NCBI GenBank assembly: GCA_035641735.1
Contig: DASQTT010000121.1
Span: 1 to 28,555, forward strand
From: Actinomycetota bacterium
Lineage (GTDB): Bacteria > Actinomycetota > UBA4738 > HRBIN12
Direction of reading: 5' to 3'
Length of the DNA stretch: 28,555 nt
Shown here one piece after another: positions 1 through 7,415 of this stretch; the stretch's first letter is position 1; each line of letters opens with the position of its first letter. A model generated the notes under the pieces. That model had not been told where the DNA came from and did not search any database. It saw only the letters and a program-made list of their open reading frames with translations. The position numbers and the translations under genes were made by a program.

Positions 1-1
1 G

Positions 2-154
2 GCCGTCGGGATGTGCGCGGTGTGGATGCTGCGAGGAGAGGCGCCGGACGAGCCGACGCTCGATCAGCTCGCCGAGGCCGACGCGGCGATCCGCAGCCTC
101 ACGGAGCTGCCGGACGCCTTGGACCGGCTCTCGCGCGAGGCGAAGGCCGGGTGA
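2..154 (+). CDS. 3' end of a probable HAD-superfamily hydrolase (partial, runs off the window)
   Basis: Frame 2 is open from the edge and reads AVGMCAVWMLRGEAPDEPTLDQLAEADAAIRSLTELPDALDRLSREAKAG*, resembling HAD C-termini (A..aGm..vw...aDa.i.sl.eL). Its TGA overlaps the GTG of the next gene (GTGA at 151-154). Confidence 0.55.
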   Translation, partial: AVGMCAVWMLRGEAPDEPTLDQLAEADAAIRSLTELPDALDRLSREAKAG

Positions 155-1443
155 CGGAACGGCGGATCCTGGTGGTCGGGGCGGGGTTCGCCGGCCTGCA
201 CGCCGCGATGGGCCTGAAGGAGGCCGTGACTGCCGGCCACCACGTCACGGTCGCGAACGCGGAGAGCTTCTTCCAGTACCAGCCGTTCCTCCCCGAGGTG
301 GCCTCGGGGACGATCGATCCTCGCGCCGCGGTCGTGCCGCTCCGGGGGGTCCTCCGGCACTGCCGGCTGCTGGTCGGCGAGGTCACGCGGATCGATCACT
401 ACGCCCGCCGGGCACTGGTGCGCATCGCGACCGGGGAGGAGCGAACCGTCGCCTACGACGTGCTCGTGCTCACCCCGGGCTCCCGGTCGCGCGTCCTGCC
501 GATCCCGGGTCTCGCCGAGCACGGCATCGGCTTCAAGACCGTGCAGGAGGCGATCTACCTCCGTAACCACGTCCTCTCGCAGCTCGACGTGGCCGCGAGC
601 GCGGAGGACCCCGATCGTCGGCGCGCGGCGCTCACCTTCGTCTTCGTCGGCGGCGGATACGCGGGCGTGGAGGCGTTGGGCGAGCTCGAAGACCTCGCCC
701 GGGACGCGATCGCGAACGATCCCGGGCTCCGGTCGTCCGACATGCGGTGGGTCCTCGTGGACGCGGCGGACCGGATCCTGCCCGAGCTGTCGGAGGATCT
801 CGGCTCGTACGCGGCCGACCGGCTCCGCGACCGAGGCGTCGAGGTCCTGCTGTCGACCCGTCTCGAGTCCGCCGAGGACGGCGTCGTGCGTCTGTCGGAC
901 GGTCAGGCGTTCCCGGCCGAGACGCTGGTGTGGACGGCGGGCGTGAAGCCGTCACCGCTGGCGCGGAACTCCGGCCTGCCCGTGGACGAGCAGGGCCGGG
1001 TGCCGGTCGACGCGTTCCTCCGGATCGAAGGGCTCGACGACGCCTGGGCGGCCGGGGACGCGGCGGCCGTGCCCGACGCCTCGAGCGGTTCGGTCGCGCC
1101 ACCGACCGCGCAGCACGGCCTGCGGGAGGGACGGCGCTTGGCGGCGAACGTCACCGCCGTCTTCGAGGGCGGCGAGGTCCGGCCCTTCGCCTACACGAGC
1201 ATCGGCGGGGTCTGTTCCCTCGGCCGCTACAAGGGGGTCGCGATCGTGAAGGGCGTGCGGCTCCGCGGGTTCGCCGCCTGGGTCGTGCACCGTTCCTACC
1301 ACCTGCTCGCGATGCCGACGTGGACGAGACGGGTGAAGATCGCGATGGATTGGACGGTGGCGCTCCTGTTCCCACGTGACCTGGCGCAGCTCGGTTCGCT
1401 CAGGAGCCCGCGAGAGCCGTTCGAACGCGCTGCCGGGGACTGA
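151..1443 (+). CDS. ndh: NAD(P)/FAD-dependent oxidoreductase, type II NADH dehydrogenase family
   Basis: Two Rossmann motifs (VVGAGFAG, VGGGYAGVE), FQYQPFLPEVASG, LVWTAGV, AAGDAA, PPTAQHG. The start is placed at the GTG overlapping the upstream stop, not at ORF-track position 13. Confidence 0.88.
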   Translation: MTERRILVVGAGFAGLHAAMGLKEAVTAGHHVTVANAESFFQYQPFLPEVASGTIDPRAAVVPLRGVLRHCRLLVGEVTRIDHYARRALVRIATGEERTVAYDVLVLTPGSRSRVLPIPGLAEHGIGFKTVQEAIYLRNHVLSQLDVAASAEDPDRRRAALTFVFVGGGYAGVEALGELEDLARDAIANDPGLRSSDMRWVLVDAADRILPELSEDLGSYAADRLRDRGVEVLLSTRLESAEDGVVRLSDGQAFPAETLVWTAGVKPSPLARNSGLPVDEQGRVPVDAFLRIEGLDDAWAAGDAAAVPDASSGSVAPPTAQHGLREGRRLAANVTAVFEGGEVRPFAYTSIGGVCSLGRYKGVAIVKGVRLRGFAAWVVHRSYHLLAMPTWTRRVKIAMDWTVALLFPRDLAQLGSLRSPREPFERAAGD

Positions 1444-1444
1444 C

Positions 1445-1906
1445 CTAGGCGCCGCGCTGGCGCTGGAGCTCGCTGGCCGCCTGGAGCGCGGCGTGGGAAC
1501 CGGCGATGTCGGGCATCTCGTGACCGGTCGAGAGCTCCTCGGCCGCCCACCGGGTCATGTCGCGGATCGAGATGATCCCCACCACGTCGTCGCCCTCCAC
1601 GATCGGGAGGTGGCGGATGTTCCGCGAGACCATCGCCGCCGCCGCCTCCGTCAGCTGCGCCTTCGGCGAGATCGTCACGAGGTCGCGCCGCGTCATCCCG
1701 TGCTCGACCGTCGTCGAGTGCGGATCGCCCCCGGCGGCGACGAGGTTCACGATGTCGCGCTCCGTCACGATGCCCACCAGCTTCTTGCCGTCAAGCACGA
1801 CCACGGAGGAGATCCCGTTCGTCCGCATCATCTTGGCGACGTCGGCGAAGGACTCCTGCGGGCTCGCGGCCTTCACGTCCCCGTGCATGATGTCCCCGAC
1901 GAGCAT
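1445..1906 (-). CDS. CBS-domain pair protein
   Basis: Tandem CBS motifs (VGDIM...VVVLDGKKLVGIVTERDI; MVSRNIRHLPIVEGDDVVGIISIRD). GAGGAGGA SD upstream of ATG 1906. Confidence 0.9.
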   Translation of the reverse strand: MLVGDIMHGDVKAASPQESFADVAKMMRTNGISSVVVLDGKKLVGIVTERDIVNLVAAGGDPHSTTVEHGMTRRDLVTISPKAQLTEAAAAMVSRNIRHLPIVEGDDVVGIISIRDMTRWAAEELSTGHEMPDIAGSHAALQAASELQRQRGA

Positions 1907-1986
1907 GCGGTCCTCCTCGTTCCGGTGGCGGCGAAAGCCTACTACGGGCCTCATCGGCGGCTCACGTCGGATGGCATGATGCGCCG

Positions 1987-3171
1987 ATGGCGAAGGCGAC
2001 GTACGTCGCGAACGTGACGTTGTTCGACGGCCGGGCCGCGAAGGCGAACCGCGGGGTCCTGTTCGGAGAGGACGGGATCGCGTGGGTCGGCGCGCACGCG
2101 CGAGCACCGCGGGAGGCTCGCGACGCGCGTACGGTCGACGGCGCCGGCTCCACGCTCTTGCCGGGCCTGATCGACGTCCACGTCCACCTCCAATTCGACG
2201 GGGGTCCCGACTTCGAACGCGAGGCGAAGGAGCTCACGACGCCGGGGCAAGCCGCGATCAAGGCCGTCGTGAACGCGAGGCGGAGCCTTCAGGCCGGCGT
2301 GACGACGGTGCGCGACCTCGGCGGGTTCGGCGGCGCGAGCATCGACGTGGCCCGAGCCGTGGCCGCCGGCCTGGTCCCGGGCCCGCGGATCCTGGCGGCC
2401 GGGCGCGCGCTCACCGTGAGCGGCGGCCACGGCCACAACATCGCGTTCTCACGCGAGGTGGACGGTGCCGACGCCGTCCGGGCCGCGGTGCGGGAGGAGA
2501 TCCGCGCGGGCGCTACCGCGATCAAGCTGATCGCGACGGGCGGCGTCCTGACGCGGGGGATCCCTGTGTCGTTCAGCGCGTTCACCGCGGAGGAGCTCTC
2601 GGCCGGCGTCCGGGAGGCGCACGAGCGCGATCTGCCGGTCGCGGCCCACGCGATCGGCGCGAACGGGATCCGCGCCGCGGTCCTCGCGGGTGTCGATTCG
2701 ATCGAGCACTGCAACCAACTCACGGCCGCCACCGCGCGAGAGATGGTGGAGCGTGGCACGTTCCGGTCGCCGACGATCTGCGCGATCCGGGGGATCGACG
2801 AGCACGCGGACCGGGTCCCGTCGTACGCGGTCGAGAAGGCGCGAGCGATCGAGGAAGATTCCCGCCGATCGCACCGGACCGCGCTCCGGGCGGGCGTCCG
2901 TCACGCGTGTGGGACCGACGCCGGCACGCCGTTCAATCCCCACGGCAACGCGGCCCAGGAGGTCGTGCACATGGTGGATTGGGGGATGCGCCCGCTCGAG
3001 GCGCTCCGCGCGGCGACGGCGAACGGCGCGGAGCTGCTGCGGCTCGACGACGTGGGCACGATCGAGGTGGGGAAGCGCGCCGACCTCCTCTTGGTCGCCG
3101 GCGATCCCGTCCAGGATCCAGGCGCGTTGCTCGGCCGGAAGCGGGTGTGGCGGGAGGGCCGGCCGGTCTAG
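1987..3171 (+). CDS. Metal-dependent amidohydrolase (HutI-like / Xaa-Pro dipeptidase-like)
   Basis: PGLIDVHVHL, TTVRDLG, IKLIATGG, AAHAIG, SIEH, GTDAG, GKRADLLLV motifs. Confidence 0.9.
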   Translation: MAKATYVANVTLFDGRAAKANRGVLFGEDGIAWVGAHARAPREARDARTVDGAGSTLLPGLIDVHVHLQFDGGPDFEREAKELTTPGQAAIKAVVNARRSLQAGVTTVRDLGGFGGASIDVARAVAAGLVPGPRILAAGRALTVSGGHGHNIAFSREVDGADAVRAAVREEIRAGATAIKLIATGGVLTRGIPVSFSAFTAEELSAGVREAHERDLPVAAHAIGANGIRAAVLAGVDSIEHCNQLTAATAREMVERGTFRSPTICAIRGIDEHADRVPSYAVEKARAIEEDSRRSHRTALRAGVRHACGTDAGTPFNPHGNAAQEVVHMVDWGMRPLEALRAATANGAELLRLDDVGTIEVGKRADLLLVAGDPVQDPGALLGRKRVWREGRPV

Positions 3172-3620
3172 GGCTCGTGCAGGACCCGCTCGAGCACGTC
3201 CACGCCGCCGCCCAGCGCGGCGAGGTCGTCGGGAGGAAGATCCCCCAGCGCGGCCGAAAGACGCTCGAGGCGCCGGGCGCGTCCGAGCCGGAGCGTGCGT
3301 CGTCCTTCCGCGGTCGCGCGGACGAGCACCGCGCGCGCGTCGTCCGGAACGGCTTCGCGGATCGCCAGGCCGTCCCGGACGAGTCCGTCGACCAGCCGGG
3401 TCATCGTCGGCGGCTCCACCTGCTCGATCCGAGCGAGCTCACCGATCCGCCTCGGGCCGGCGAAGACCAGGACCGACAGCACCGAGAGTCGGGGAGCGGA
3501 GATCCCCAGCGCCTCGTCCTCCATGCGCAGGCGACGCAAGAGGTGGATCGCGGCCGAATGGAGCCGGTCCGCGATGCGCTCCACCTCTCGCGTCGGGGAA
3601 GTTCGCCTTGACGGAGCCAT
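3168..3620 (-). CDS. MarR-family transcriptional regulator
   Basis: Winged-HTH pattern RLSVLSVL...RIGELARIEQVEPPTMTRLVDGLVRDGL..R...PDDARAVLVRAT.EG. Confidence 0.9.
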   Translation of the reverse strand: MAPSRRTSPTREVERIADRLHSAAIHLLRRLRMEDEALGISAPRLSVLSVLVFAGPRRIGELARIEQVEPPTMTRLVDGLVRDGLAIREAVPDDARAVLVRATAEGRRTLRLGRARRLERLSAALGDLPPDDLAALGGGVDVLERVLHEP

Positions 3621-3625
3621 CTATA

Positions 3626-3640
3626 GTTAGTTAGCCTAAC
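3626..3640. promoter_or_regulatory. Probable MarR operator GTTAG-N5-CTAAC
   Basis: Inverted repeat in an AT-rich patch within the 44-bp gap between the divergent marR and ankyrin genes. Confidence 0.7.
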
Positions 3641-3664
3641 GAAGTATCCTCGGAGAGGACGAAG

Positions 3665-4339
3665 ATGGCAAGCAGCGAGCGCGAGCTGTTCCGGGCGATC
3701 GAGGCCGGGAACGGCGACACCGTCCGCACGCTACTCCGCGAGGATCCGGGGCTCGCGGCGGCCCGCGACGAGCACGGCGTCTCGGCGCTGATGCGCGCGA
3801 TCTACCGCTTCGACGCCGCGACGACGGAGCCGATCCGCCAACGGGTCGGCGACCTCGACGTCTTCGAGGCGGCGGCCCTCGGCGACGAGCCGCGCCTGCG
3901 TGAGCTCCTCGATGGCGAGCCGGCCCTCGTGAGCTCCTATTCCGCGGACGGGTTCACCGCCCTGCACCTCGCGGCGTTCTTCGGGCACGCCGGCGCCGTC
4001 GACGTGCTGTTGGAACGCGGCGCGGAGGTCGACGCGTTCGGTCGCGGCTGGATGACCGGCACGGCTCTGCACTCGGCCGTGAGCCGGAAGGGCGCCGACA
4101 TCGCCCGCCGTCTCCTGGAGGCGGGAGCGAACCCGAACGCCCGCCAGTCCGCGGGATGGACGCCGCTCGCGGCCGCGGCCAACAACGGCGACCTCGCCAG
4201 CCTCGACCTGCTCCTGGCGGCCGGCGCGGATCCGTCGGCGACGAACGACGAGGGACGCAGCGTCCTGCAGCTCGCAGAGGAGCGGGACGATCCCGCGACC
4301 ACCGGACGCGTTCGCGCCGCGCTTCAGGCCGCGCCGTAG
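3665..4339 (+). CDS. Ankyrin-repeat protein
   Basis: Repeated ankyrin motifs GVSALMRA, GFTALHLAAFFG, TALHSAV, GWTPLAAAA, GADP.ATN.EGRS. GGAGAGG SD. Confidence 0.9.
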   Translation: MASSERELFRAIEAGNGDTVRTLLREDPGLAAARDEHGVSALMRAIYRFDAATTEPIRQRVGDLDVFEAAALGDEPRLRELLDGEPALVSSYSADGFTALHLAAFFGHAGAVDVLLERGAEVDAFGRGWMTGTALHSAVSRKGADIARRLLEAGANPNARQSAGWTPLAAAANNGDLASLDLLLAAGADPSATNDEGRSVLQLAEERDDPATTGRVRAALQAAP

Positions 4340-5403
4340 CCGGCGAACACGTACTCCTGCTCCATCGAGTCGCACGGGTTGCCGCGCCCGAACAGGATCC
4401 TGCCCTCGGTGACGTCCGCCACGGTCCAGAACACCGTCTTCGACTCGGGGTGGCCGAGGTCCGGGTGCCGGCAGACCTCGTTCGGCGGGTTCTCGTGGTC
4501 CGACAGGATCTTGCGGAGCGTCTCGGGCGTGACGGACGCCGGCCCCTGCTCGGCCAGCAGGTCGCGGGCGCGGCAGAACCGGACGTCCGAGCGCGCCGCG
4601 TACGCCGGATCCCCCTCGAACGGACGCATCCGGTCGGTCACGTAGTGGTTCGTGTGGACCATCCGGTCGTCCTCGCCCAGCCGCGTGATCTCGACGTCGG
4701 TCGCGCTGCCTTCGACGTTCGCGACGTCGCCGTACCGGTCGGCGAGCACGTTGTTGTACGAGGAGGCCCGATCGGGCCGGATCGCCTGTGCGACCATCTC
4801 GTGGAGGTTGCGGGCACGGAGCATCTCGAACACCTGGTGCGCGCGTGAGATCCCCACACGCTCGTCGTTCGGGCTGAGCTCGTTGCCGGTGAGCGAGAGG
4901 CCGGCCTGGCTCCAGCCGACGCTGATCCACGGCACGCCGCCGATCTGCAGGATCGTCGGCTCGTCGTCGACCGCCTTCTCGATCGCGACGATCTCCGCTT
5001 CCCTCTCCGGCCGGAGGTCGTTGTTGTGCCCCACCCAGAGGTGGCCGTCGGCGGTGGCGGCCGGGCCGGCGACGACGTCGCTGCAACGTCCCTCGGTCGT
5101 CTTCGCGTAGGGGGCGTACCAGATCTCTTCGATCGTCGCGGCGAACAGCTCGAGGGGGTCCACGCCGGCGCCCTCCGCGCAGCCGTCGAGCTCATCGATC
5201 AGCCGCGGGAGCGCGGGGGCCGTGACGTCGCGGTAGGCCTTCGCGAGCGAGAGCTGTTCCCCGCGGGTCCGGCCCTCGGGGAGCTCGCCGTCGAGGAGGG
5301 CCACGCTGCGACCGATCTGCTCTGCGCCGAGCTCGCCCATCTGGATCCCGACCTCGCGGTGAGAGCCCTTGACGCGGTAGAGCTCCAGGGGATGCGGCGT
5401 CAC
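4324..5403 (-). CDS. Peptidase C45 / acyl-CoA:6-APA acyltransferase-like Ntn hydrolase
   Basis: Propeptide followed by GRCSDVV (catalytic Cys), GHNND, GLSLTGNEL, VHTNHY, LSDH motifs. Confidence 0.85.
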   Translation of the reverse strand: MTPHPLELYRVKGSHREVGIQMGELGAEQIGRSVALLDGELPEGRTRGEQLSLAKAYRDVTAPALPRLIDELDGCAEGAGVDPLELFAATIEEIWYAPYAKTTEGRCSDVVAGPAATADGHLWVGHNNDLRPEREAEIVAIEKAVDDEPTILQIGGVPWISVGWSQAGLSLTGNELSPNDERVGISRAHQVFEMLRARNLHEMVAQAIRPDRASSYNNVLADRYGDVANVEGSATDVEITRLGEDDRMVHTNHYVTDRMRPFEGDPAYAARSDVRFCRARDLLAEQGPASVTPETLRKILSDHENPPNEVCRHPDLGHPESKTVFWTVADVTEGRILFGRGNPCDSMEQEYVFAGYGAA

Positions 5404-5444
5404 GAACGGATGCTACCCCCTCGTTCCGTCCCCTTCCGAGGTTC

Positions 5445-5466
5445 TGTCACCAGGGGGGATTACGGT
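5445..5466 (+). promoter_or_regulatory. Candidate PafBC/RecA-NDp-type DNA-damage promoter of rmuC
   Basis: TGTCAC-N10-TACGGT, matching the spacing of the actinobacterial TGTCRG-N10-TANNNT consensus with one mismatch in the upstream hexamer. Confidence 0.55.
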
Positions 5467-5509
5467 TGGCCCATGACCCCCAAGCCACCTACCCAGGGAA
5501 GGTGACCGC

Positions 5510-6583
5510 ATGTCCACCGATCTCCTGATCGCCGTGTTGGCGGGGTGCGTCGGCGCCGCCGCCGGCGTCCTGATCGTGCAACGGAGGCGCCCGCCGGAGG
5601 CAGACGGCCCGCGGCCCGATGAGGCCGCCGAGACGCTCCGTGCGCTGAACGCCCAGCTCCACGCGGAGCTGACCGCCCGGCTCGAGGTTCAGGCGGCGGA
5701 GCTCCGCAGGATCGCGGACGCCGCCGGTCAGCGCGATCGCGTGACCGAGCACCTGCGCGACGGTCTGGACGCCACCCGGCAGATCCTCGAGCTGATCCAG
5801 GCCAGGGACGAGGAGCGACGCGGCTCGGAGACCGAGAACCGCGAGGTCGTGCGTCGCCTCGCCACCGTGCTGGCGGGCGGCAACACGAAGGGCCGCGCTG
5901 GGGAGCACGTCCTGCGCGAGCATCTCGGACAGCTGCCCCCGTCGATGCTCGCGGCGGACTTCCGCGTGAACGGCAAGGTCGTCGAGTTCGGCCTGCGGCT
6001 GCCGGACGGTCGCCGGCTGCCCATCGACTCGAAGTGGGCGGCGGTCGCCGAGCTCGAGGCGATGGAGGCCGAGGAGGATCCGACGCGGAGGGCCGAGTGC
6101 GCTCGCAAGGTCGAGCGAGCGGTGGCGTCCAGGGCGAAGGACGTCGGGCAGTACATCGACCCGGCCGTCACCGCCCCGGTCGCCGTGGCCGCCGTCCCGG
6201 ACGCCGCGTATCAGGTGCTCTCCCGGGCCCACGCCGTCGCGTTCTCGAGGAACGTCGTGATCGTGCCGTATTCCACGGCCCTGCCGATCATCCTCTTCCT
6301 CTACGCCCTGGTGGAGCGCTTCGGGGACGCCGCCGACGTGCAGGCGGCGCTGGCCGAGGTCGGCACGCTGCTCGACGCGATGGACACGATCGTCGAGAAC
6401 AAGTTCTCGAAGGCCGGCACGATGATCGCGAACGGGGCGGACGAGTTCCGCTCGCACGTCGGGAAGGCCCGCGGCTCCATCGCCCGGGCCAGGCAGGTCG
6501 AGCAGCTCGAGCTCCCGGACGAGAATCAGCTGCCGCTGCCGGCGTCCGACGCGGACGACGGGATCTTGTCGATCGTGGGTTGA
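5510..6583 (+). CDS. rmuC: DNA recombination protein RmuC family
   Basis: N-terminal membrane anchor, coiled coil, KGRAGEHVL, LPDGRRLPIDSKW nuclease-like motif, VIVPYST. Confidence 0.88.
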   Translation: MSTDLLIAVLAGCVGAAAGVLIVQRRRPPEADGPRPDEAAETLRALNAQLHAELTARLEVQAAELRRIADAAGQRDRVTEHLRDGLDATRQILELIQARDEERRGSETENREVVRRLATVLAGGNTKGRAGEHVLREHLGQLPPSMLAADFRVNGKVVEFGLRLPDGRRLPIDSKWAAVAELEAMEAEEDPTRRAECARKVERAVASRAKDVGQYIDPAVTAPVAVAAVPDAAYQVLSRAHAVAFSRNVVIVPYSTALPIILFLYALVERFGDAADVQAALAEVGTLLDAMDTIVENKFSKAGTMIANGADEFRSHVGKARGSIARARQVEQLELPDENQLPLPASDADDGILSIVG

Positions 6584-6609
6584 TCCGTCGCGGACTACGC
6601 TCCCGCGGG

Positions 6610-6948
6610 ATGGACTTCGACGAAGCACTCGATCGGTTCGGCTTCCACATCCGCGAGGAGCGCGGCTTCGCCAGGGGAACGCGGCTGCACGTCGCGTCGC
6701 CGAACCGCTTCATGACCTACATGGTCCACGCCGATCCCGACGGAACGGCGATCTTCAGCTGGGAGTTCGCGCTCGGCGAGTTCCTGCTCACCCGCGGGAT
6801 CCAGGTGGGCTCCGACGAGACCCTGAACCAGTTCGCCTACCCGCGTGAGGACGTTCGCGGGCCGCAGGACGGGGCGTGGCTCGCCTCGGCGATCGAACAG
6901 GCGGAGGCGTTGCTCGCCGACGTCCGGCTCGACCGGCCCGAAGGCTGA
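6610..6948 (+). CDS. Hypothetical protein, 112 aa
   Basis: MDFDEALDRFGF...LDRPEG has GC3-biased codons and normal composition. TACGCT -10 hexamer 8 nt before the ATG. No recognised motif. Confidence 0.75.
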   Translation: MDFDEALDRFGFHIREERGFARGTRLHVASPNRFMTYMVHADPDGTAIFSWEFALGEFLLTRGIQVGSDETLNQFAYPREDVRGPQDGAWLASAIEQAEALLADVRLDRPEG

Positions 6949-6966
6949 AGGGACCGCGGAACGTGA

Positions 6967-6996
6967 GGGCCGGCGCGCCGTTCGGCGCGCCGGCCC
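6967..6996. terminator. Hairpin between convergent genes, probable bidirectional terminator
   Basis: Perfect 13-bp stem GGGCCGGCGCGCC / GGCGCGCCGGCCC with a 4-nt loop; the U-tract is weak. Confidence 0.7.
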
Positions 6997-7011
6997 ATCC
7001 ACCGCTCGCGA

Positions 7012-7212
7012 TCAGACGATCCGGACGTTCTGGGCCTGGGGACCCTTCTGCCCCTCCGCGATGTCGAACTCCACCGCCTGGCCCTCTTCGAGGTTGCGGT
7101 ACCCGTCCCCGGTGATGCCCGAGTAGTGGACGAACACATCGGGACCGTCGGCCTGGGTGATGAAGCCGAACCCCTTCTCGGGGCTGAACCACTTCACGGT
7201 GCCTGTTGCCAC
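7012..7212 (-). CDS. cspA: Cold-shock protein (CSD)
   Basis: [18 protein letters not shown]...DVFVHYS...VEF...GQKGPQA (RNP1/RNP2). GGAGGG SD. Confidence 0.96.
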   Translation of the reverse strand: MATGTVKWFSPEKGFGFITQADGPDVFVHYSGITGDGYRNLEEGQAVEFDIAEGQKGPQAQNVRIV

Positions 7213-7348
7213 TGGCGATCCCTCCTTCCGCGGCCGGTGCGGACGTGTCGCACGTGCGTGTCCGTCGGCCTACCCGGCCTCGGCCGGGGAGGGAACTGCC
7301 AGAGCAACGGCGGAACCGAGTGCTGCATGAACCCTCGATCCGAGCGTA
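7213..7348 (-). promoter_or_regulatory. cspA promoter and long structured 5' UTR
   Basis: -10 TACGCT at 7348-7343. The ~120-nt leader has hairpins at 7240-7264 and 7273-7288 and an anti-SD segment at 7288-7302. Confidence 0.6.
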
Positions 7349-7415
7349 CCCGATGCGCCCGGGGGCCGCCACGGCTGGGCTGCGGCGAGGCCGAAAGCCT
7401 GCGGTCCAGCCCCTC

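Noticed and set aside
7377-7412. GGGCTG...AGGC-CGAAA-GCCT...CAGCCC structure suggesting a hammerhead ribozyme
   Set aside because: There is no CUGANGA core or third stem; it is more simply a weak hairpin after the kinase stop.
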